A stretch of 5,726 nucleotides of DNA, taken from positions 1-5,726 of IMG/VR virus record IMGVR_UViG_3300029570_000099. The stretch is one strand, 5' to 3'. The first letter of the stretch is position 1; each line of letters opens with the position of its first letter. Shown piece after piece: positions 1 through 3,347 of the stretch. Below the pieces are notes generated by a model that saw only the letters and a list, made by a program, of their open reading frames with translations, searched no databases and was not told the DNA's origin. The DNA comes from a virus. A program made the position numbers and the translations under genes.

Positions 1-91
1 TGTTATTTACTCTCCTTTTTTACAGCCGGATGCCACCGCGCATAGGTTTCTGGCTGAGGTTGATACTTTTGGTTTTTCTTGCGGTTACGTT
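1..91. repeat. Terminal direct repeat, copy 1. It is identical to 5636..5726 and is the overlap produced when a circular genome is linearised.
   Basis: Base-by-base comparison shows 1..91 (tgttatttactctcc...gcggttacgtt) equals 5636..5726 exactly. That gives a circular unit of 5635 nt. The repeat cuts through the small basic ORF and through the SD and start codon of the VP5-like ORF, which fits an assembly artefact and not a biological LTR/ITR. Confidence 0.95.
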
Positions 92-121
92 AAACATGCG
101 GCGGTCTTTTGCGCCGCTCAT
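20..121 (-). CDS. Small highly basic protein of 33 aa, a candidate DNA-binding/packaging peptide of the microvirus J / gokushovirus VP8 type
   Basis: Hand translation of the minus strand from ATG 121..119 to TAA 22..20 gives MSGAKDRRMFNVTARKTKSINLSQKPMRGGIRL. It is too short for the supplied ORF track. It is rich in K/R and ends in P-M-R-G-G-I-R-L, which resembles the RGGxR[LF] C-terminus I recall for gokushovirus small basic ORF8 proteins such as SpV4 and Chlamydia phages. The ATG lies 4 nt after the stop of the 74-aa ORF (TAAAACAATG) with no SD of its own, so translation is probably coupled. An alternative start is ATG 97..95, giving 25 aa. Its stop overlaps the SD of the next gene. Confidence 0.55.
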   Translation of the reverse strand: MSGAKDRRMFNVTARKTKSINLSQKPMRGGIRL

Positions 122-125
122 TGTT

Positions 126-350
126 TTACGATGTCGTGCCATTGTTATACTCCCTTCGTATTAGCTCTAATTCAATGGCATTTACAAAGCTTTTCATCTG
201 CCAAATTTCATCTACCAGTTTTTTTGCATCTTCAATGTTTGACACTTTTTTAAGTATTTTGTAATTGCCATCGATTTCTTTGTATTTTCGTATGAGCAGT
301 TCTTCCAGTGCCTCTTTGGTCTGGTCTCTTACGTTCCATGTTTTCTGCAC
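126..350 (-). CDS. Hypothetical protein, 74 aa, predicted helical and charged, with a GTG start
   Basis: ORF track 126..350. The start codon is GTG (plus-strand cac at 348..350). It is preceded by AAAAGGAG (GGAG at 363..360) with a 9-nt spacer, and this SD lies in the last codons of the upstream 40-aa ORF. There is no TM segment, no signal peptide and no family motif that I recognise. Confidence 0.5.
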   Translation of the reverse strand: MQKTWNVRDQTKEALEELLIRKYKEIDGNYKILKKVSNIEDAKKLVDEIWQMKSFVNAIELELIRREYNNGTTS

Positions 351-356
351 TATGGT

Positions 357-479
357 TTACTCCTTTTCTTTTTCGTTGATGCTATCATGCAGCGCATGAT
401 AGATCTCGTCTAGCTTTTCCAAAATCTGCATCATAAGACGGATTGCCTGCTTGACGTCCTTAATGGAAATAAGTGCCAT
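357..479 (-). CDS. Hypothetical small protein, 40 aa (MALISIKDVKQAIRLMMQILEKLDEIYHALHDSINEKEKE)
   Basis: This is the internal Met of track ORF 357..572. ATG 479..477 is preceded by GAAAGGGGGTATAAC, an SD with a good spacer. It lies 1 nt after the peptidase stop (TAAC-ATG), so coupling is tight. The longer 71-aa version starting at 572 has no SD and would overlap the peptidase out of frame. The protein looks like an amphipathic helix with no TM segment. Confidence 0.45.
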   Translation of the reverse strand: MALISIKDVKQAIRLMMQILEKLDEIYHALHDSINEKEKE

Positions 480-480
480 G

Positions 481-873
481 TTATACCCCCTTTCTGTACT
501 TTTTAGTGCGTGTGTCGATGTGTACCCAAGTACTGTAAACGATAATGCCGCATTCATCCGGTATGATTGCATTCAGCTTTTTGGCAATTTCTTTTGCGGT
601 CATACCATTGACCCGTATGTCTGCTGCCATTCCTCGCATGTGGTATGAGTACTTTGCACCGCCTACTGCTTTATTCCTTGTCGGTGTCCGGTATCCACTG
701 TTGATGTATACCGGCTTACCGACTTGGTTTCTTAAGATGTCTAGGATAGATACTAGGTGGTCATCTATAAAAACTACTTGTGAGCCATCTTTACAAGCAA
801 ATTCTCGCACTTTGAAGTGCTGTCCTATTTTTTCGTTTGCGTCTGTGTCCATGATATAACATTTGATTGCCAT
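481..873 (-). CDS. Zn-dependent peptidoglycan peptidase of the M15 superfamily (Peptidase_M15_3 / YcbK-DUF882-like), a putative endolysin of 130 aa
   Basis: The translation contains SGYRTPTRNKAVGGAKYSYHMRGMAADI and WVHIDTR. These match the SGYR...N...GG...S-x-H-x-x-G-x-A-x-D and x-V-H-x-D zinc-ligand/catalytic pattern of M15A-type cell-wall peptidases. I prefer ATG 873..871 as the start because it is preceded by AAAGAGAGGTGAATAAC, an SD with a 6-nt spacer. The track start at 882 is a GTG lying inside that SD. There is no N-terminal signal or TM segment. Confidence 0.85.
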   Translation of the reverse strand: MAIKCYIMDTDANEKIGQHFKVREFACKDGSQVVFIDDHLVSILDILRNQVGKPVYINSGYRTPTRNKAVGGAKYSYHMRGMAADIRVNGMTAKEIAKKLNAIIPDECGIIVYSTWVHIDTRTKKYRKGV

Positions 874-895
874 GTTATTCACCTCTCTTTATCGT

Positions 896-924
896 ATTTT
901 ACCATTTTTTTAATCGCCTGTCAA
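896..924 (-). promoter_or_regulatory. Near-consensus sigma70/sigmaA-type promoter directly upstream of the peptidase operon
   Basis: The minus strand reads TTGACA (919..924), a 17-nt spacer ggcgattaaaaaaatgg, then TAAAAT (896..901). The spacer ends in TGg, which gives an extended -10 TGn. The predicted transcription start is about 15-20 nt upstream of ATG 873, leaving a short leader that holds the GAGAGGTG SD. Confidence 0.55.
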
Positions 925-1017
925 TTGTTTTTTGGTTTGAATGGCGCTTTAGCGCCTTGCCGTGTGGAGCGTATGCGGAACGCGGCTAAATCCTTTCCTT
1001 TTTAGCGCTGTGCGCGT

Positions 1018-1191
1018 TTTCAACAGTTTCAACAGTTTCAACAGGTTTTCAACAAAATATTGCACAATGATTTCCGTCATTTTGACGAACTTTCAACATT
1101 TCAACAAATTTTCAACAAATCTTTCAACACTGTTTTTTGCTTTTTATTTACGTTTTAACGTTAAATTTTAGTACTTATCAACTTTTCAACA
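1018..1191. repeat. Array of nine direct, same-orientation copies of TTTCAACA (TGTTGAAA on the coding strand), iteron-like
   Basis: Exact TTTCAACA 8-mers start at 1018, 1027, 1036, 1047, 1091, 1099, 1110, 1122 and 1184. The first three are spaced exactly 9 bp apart (cagtttcaa tandem). There are two clusters of four plus one outlier. An AT-rich stretch at 1131..1180 includes the 10-bp palindrome ttaacgttaa (1155..1164). Confidence 0.9.
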
Positions 1192-1223
1192 TTGCCTACT
1201 ACTACTCCTACAACAAGTTATAT

Positions 1224-1253
1224 ATTATACGGCGCTTGTGAGCTTGCGAACAA
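1224..1253 (-). promoter_or_regulatory. Candidate weak promoter with a perfect -10 and a poor -35
   Basis: The minus strand has TATAAT at 1229..1224 and TTGTTC (3/6 match to TTGACA) at 1253..1248, separated by an 18-nt spacer. The spacer overlaps the ggcgc...gcgcc hairpin at 1231..1260. A transcript from here would run through the TTTCAACA array toward the peptidase operon. Confidence 0.3.
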
Positions 1254-1268
1254 TAGCGCCTAAAGAGC

Positions 1269-1311
1269 CGCGCGTGCGCGCGTGTGCGTTTCGCGCGCGT
1301 GCGCACGCGCG
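1269..1311. repeat. GC-rich inverted repeat (hairpin or cruciform) made of two 20-nt perfectly alternating pyrimidine-purine tracts
   Basis: Arm 1 is cgcgcgtgcgcgcgtgtgcg (1269..1288), followed by ttt, then arm 2 cgcgcgcgtgcgcacgcgcg (1292..1311). The arms pair over 20 positions: 17 Watson-Crick pairs plus 3 G.T pairs on the plus strand, which become A.C mismatches on the minus strand. The outer 11 bp are perfect. Both arms are strict (YR)10 and therefore Z-DNA-prone. By eye the GC content is far above the rest of the genome. Confidence 0.85.
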
Positions 1312-1330
1312 ATAAAGTATAGCTATTTGA

Positions 1331-1347
1331 TAGACTGAATAGACTGA
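1331..1347. repeat. Short tandem repeat, tagactga-a-tagactga
   Basis: TAGACTGA occurs at 1331..1338 and 1340..1347 (9-bp period), immediately after TTGATAG-type sequence (atttgatagactga). Confidence 0.7.
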
Positions 1348-1364
1348 TACATGGAGTCTTTAGA

Positions 1365-1403
1365 TGACAAAAGCCCAGTATCTTACTTGATAGGTACTGG
1401 GCT
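1365..1403 (-). terminator. Perfect 9-bp hairpin downstream of VP4, a possible intrinsic terminator and/or origin hairpin
   Basis: The stem is agcccagta (1372..1380) paired with tactgggct (1395..1403), with a 14-nt loop tcttacttgatagg. On the coding strand it reads AGCCCAGTA-loop-TACTGGGCTTTTGTCATC and begins 19 nt after the VP4 stop. The T-run is short (4 T, one of them in the stem) and the loop is large, so terminator strength is uncertain. Confidence 0.4.
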
Positions 1404-1422
1404 AGGTGACACCATGACACTG

Positions 1423-2442
1423 TTAAAGTGTCCCTCTCTTTTTCATCTGCTTCTTTATCACTCTCTCTTTCGTTTTGCATTGTTCTGCAAAGTTTGCATT
1501 TTCGTACTTTAGCCGGTTTTCTGCTATGGCCGCTGCTTGTCTGTTCTGTTTAATTCTCCACAATCTTTGTGGGTTTTCCGCTTCCATCATTTTTTCATAA
1601 TAACGTGGAATTTGTGCGCGTTTGCCGTTTGTGCATTGGATATACCCTTGTTTCCAGATCTCTGCTTTGTGTTCTTGATAGTAGTGATCTCCTAGACCTG
1701 GTTTAAGGCTCATACATGCAAAAGGTTTTTGTTGCCCTAGTTCATAGTATACGTTTGCTTTCTGTCCGTCAATTTCGTACATCTTTTTTGTAACGTATCC
1801 TGCAACATATCTATATGTTTCCGGTACTGCTTGTGCTATCTGTATTTGACCCATGCCCCATAGGTCTGTTAGCCATTTACTTGTGAAATATCCGTTGTGT
1901 TGTATCTTGTATAGGTGATCTAGGTCTGTTGGTCTCCATCCATATAGAATCATATGGTAATGTGGTCTTGCCGTTTGTTCTCCGTATTCTCCTGCTACGA
2001 AATAGCGTAATTTGCCTCCATAAGCCTTCCTGAGGCGTTTTAAGAACTTTTGAATGTCAGTATATAGCAACGTTTGGACGCTTTCAGGGCGCTTCTCTCC
2101 CGGTTTCCAGACGTATTGTACTTTTCGCATGATTTCGCCTGTGTTTACTATCATGCCCGGTACATGATCATCGTCATAAGTTAATGTGATAAACCAAACT
2201 TCTTCTCTTGGATAGTCTCGTGCTTCTAATTCTATACGTGTTGTCCAGTCCTCTCTCTGTCTTATTCTACATCCGATGCACTGCCCGCACGGTATTAACA
2301 TGACATCTTTTCTATACATCAGATCTTCATATTTTAGCTGCTTTCCCGATATTTCAGAAAAGCGGGCAAGTGAATACACCCGCCCGCTTATGTCTTTGTT
2401 TTCCGGGTTGTACAGCCTTATTAATGGCTTGTAACAACTCAC
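1423..2442 (-). CDS. VP4: Replication initiation protein, an HUH rolling-circle endonuclease (Microviridae VP4 / protein A family)
   Basis: The 339-aa ORF has FITLTY (motif I), RPHYHMILYG (the HUH motif, with HYH encoded at 1954..1962) and YRYVAGYVTKK (the tyrosine motif). It also has the N-terminal CYKP and the CGQCIGC cysteine cluster typical of gokushovirus VP4. The start is GTG 2442..2440, overlapping the VP2 stop as GTGA, with AGGTGA 9 nt upstream. Confidence 0.93.
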   Translation of the reverse strand: MSCYKPLIRLYNPENKDISGRVYSLARFSEISGKQLKYEDLMYRKDVMLIPCGQCIGCRIRQREDWTTRIELEARDYPREEVWFITLTYDDDHVPGMIVNTGEIMRKVQYVWKPGEKRPESVQTLLYTDIQKFLKRLRKAYGGKLRYFVAGEYGEQTARPHYHMILYGWRPTDLDHLYKIQHNGYFTSKWLTDLWGMGQIQIAQAVPETYRYVAGYVTKKMYEIDGQKANVYYELGQQKPFACMSLKPGLGDHYYQEHKAEIWKQGYIQCTNGKRAQIPRYYEKMMEAENPQRLWRIKQNRQAAAIAENRLKYENANFAEQCKTKERVIKKQMKKRGTL

Positions 2443-3308
2443 CTTAAATAATCACCTGCTTTTCTTTTTTCTCCGTAGGATCCAGTTTTGTCTTGTGGTG
2501 CTTGATAGCCGCTTTTATAGCCGCTTTTTCTGTCGCTCTTTTTTGGTACGTTTTTGTCGATAGCTTTGCTTGTGTCTTCTCCGATTTCTGTTAAGGCCTT
2601 TTGCAGTCCGTAAGGCGTCATTTGTGTAGAACTGAGCATCTGCTGCCAGCTTTGCGCTGCATTGTACCAGTCGCTTTTACTCCAACTGTTGCTTTCGTAT
2701 GCGTTAGGTACAAATCCTCCGCTTCGGCTTACTCCTAGTGCACTGCTGCTTGCAAGTCCCATACTTGCTCCACTGATTGTTCCTGCACTTCCTCCCGGTG
2801 TGCTTGCGCCGCCGTTTGCGAATGCTAAGATAGGGTTAAGCCCTGCTTTTTTCATGTCCTCAACGGCTCGCTGGTACGCTGTGTTTGACATGTGCTCTTG
2901 CCAGTTCCTGTTTGCTAGTGCTTCTGCGCTGTTGTAGTTCATTGCTACACTGTTTTCGATGTGGTTGTATACGCCTTGCATGATTGCTTGTAGCGTGTTA
3001 TAGCCCATCTGTTTTAACATACTCTGACTGTTGTATTTGCCTTGCATGGCTGCTTCTTGTCCTTGGTATGCGTATGCCTGTTTTAGCCAGTCATTGACTT
3101 GCTGTACGTTGGTGCCTGATTGACTTCCGCTTTCGGAGTGTCCGCCGCCTTGGCTTGTGCTGCCGCCGCTACTTTGGCTATTGCCTGTCTGCCCCCATCC
3201 GCCAAACGCTCCGGCTACGTTTTTAGCTGCTCCTGCAAAAGTTCCGATTGTGTTTGCTACGTTTCCCGCTACGTTTAGTGCTGTTAAGAGTCCAGATAAT
3301 CCACTCAT
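2439..3308 (-). CDS. VP2: Minor capsid / DNA pilot protein (Microviridae VP2, H-like)
   Basis: The 289-aa ORF has the hallmark block NRNWQEHMSNTAYQRAVEDMKKAGLNPILA, a Gly/Ser/Gln-rich low-complexity N-terminal half, and sits immediately after VP1. ATG 3308..3306 is the first possible start because an in-frame TAA lies directly upstream. Confidence 0.88.
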   Translation of the reverse strand: MSGLSGLLTALNVAGNVANTIGTFAGAAKNVAGAFGGWGQTGNSQSSGGSTSQGGGHSESGSQSGTNVQQVNDWLKQAYAYQGQEAAMQGKYNSQSMLKQMGYNTLQAIMQGVYNHIENSVAMNYNSAEALANRNWQEHMSNTAYQRAVEDMKKAGLNPILAFANGGASTPGGSAGTISGASMGLASSSALGVSRSGGFVPNAYESNSWSKSDWYNAAQSWQQMLSSTQMTPYGLQKALTEIGEDTSKAIDKNVPKKSDRKSGYKSGYQAPQDKTGSYGEKRKAGDYLR

Positions 3309-3336
3309 TTAAAAATAGCCCGGGTTTTGCCCGGGC
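3309..3336 (-). terminator. Intrinsic-terminator-like hairpin plus T-tract in the VP1-VP2 spacer
   Basis: The coding strand reads GCCCGGG-CAAAA-CCCGGGC-TATTTTTAA. The stem is 7 bp, all G/C (3318..3324 paired with 3330..3336), with a 5-nt loop, followed by TATTTTT. It lies between the VP1 stop (3348) and the VP2 ATG (3308). Confidence 0.55.
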
Positions 3337-3347
3337 ATCCTCCTTTC

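Noticed and set aside
98-117. GC hairpin gcggcg-gtcttttg-cgccgc just after the 74-aa ORF, considered as a terminator
   Set aside because: It lies inside the 33-aa basic ORF (codons GAC CGC CGC and neighbours), has only a 6-bp stem, and has no T-tract on the coding strand (ATGTTTAACG follows). It may modulate coupling, but I cannot support a terminator call.
480-572. Long N-terminal extension of the 40-aa ORF (the 71-aa version starting at 572)
   Set aside because: There is no SD upstream of ATG 572, and the extension would overlap the peptidase out of frame for 92 nt. ATG 479 has an excellent SD and stop-start coupling.
943-1016. Short GC hairpins and recurring TTTAGCGC motifs: ggcgc-ttta-gcgcc at 943..956, tttagcgc at 1001..1008, and tagcgcc at 1254..1260. 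I considered them as terminators or ssoA CS-6-like (TAGCGT) elements.
   Set aside because: The stems are only 4-6 bp and no T-tract follows on the coding strand. The motif differs from CS-6 and is on the non-coding strand. I note it as context for the structured region but cannot support it as a discrete feature.
1011-1025. cre-like (CcpA) site TGAAAACGCGCACA on the coding strand, overlapping the first repeat
   Set aside because: It has one mismatch to the degenerate TGWNANCGNTNWCA consensus, but that consensus is loose. The left half is simply the repeat unit itself, so it is probably coincidental.
1018-1191. The TTTCAACA array considered as a CRISPR array or a transposon end
   Set aside because: The repeat unit is only 8 nt and the gaps are 0-4 nt within clusters, far from CRISPR repeat/spacer dimensions. 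There is no inverted terminal copy and no transposase.
1212-1245. XerC/D dif-like site around ccgtATAA-TATATA-acttgttg. Some gokushoviruses are reported to integrate at dif.
   Set aside because: Only the ATAA plus AT-rich 6-nt core resembles dif. The XerD-side arm (TTATGTTAAAT-type) matches about 5 of 11 positions and the XerC arm about 6 of 10. That is too weak to call without a comparison to the host dif.
1208-1480. 90-aa minus-strand ORF spanning the end of VP4 and the GC-rich hairpin
   Set aside because: It starts inside VP4 out of frame. Its Arg/Ala-rich middle (RVRTRAKRTRAHAR) is just the translation of the alternating CG/TG hairpin. It runs through the terminator-like hairpin, the tandem repeats and the TATAAT box. 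It is most likely an artefact of stop-poor GC-rich sequence.
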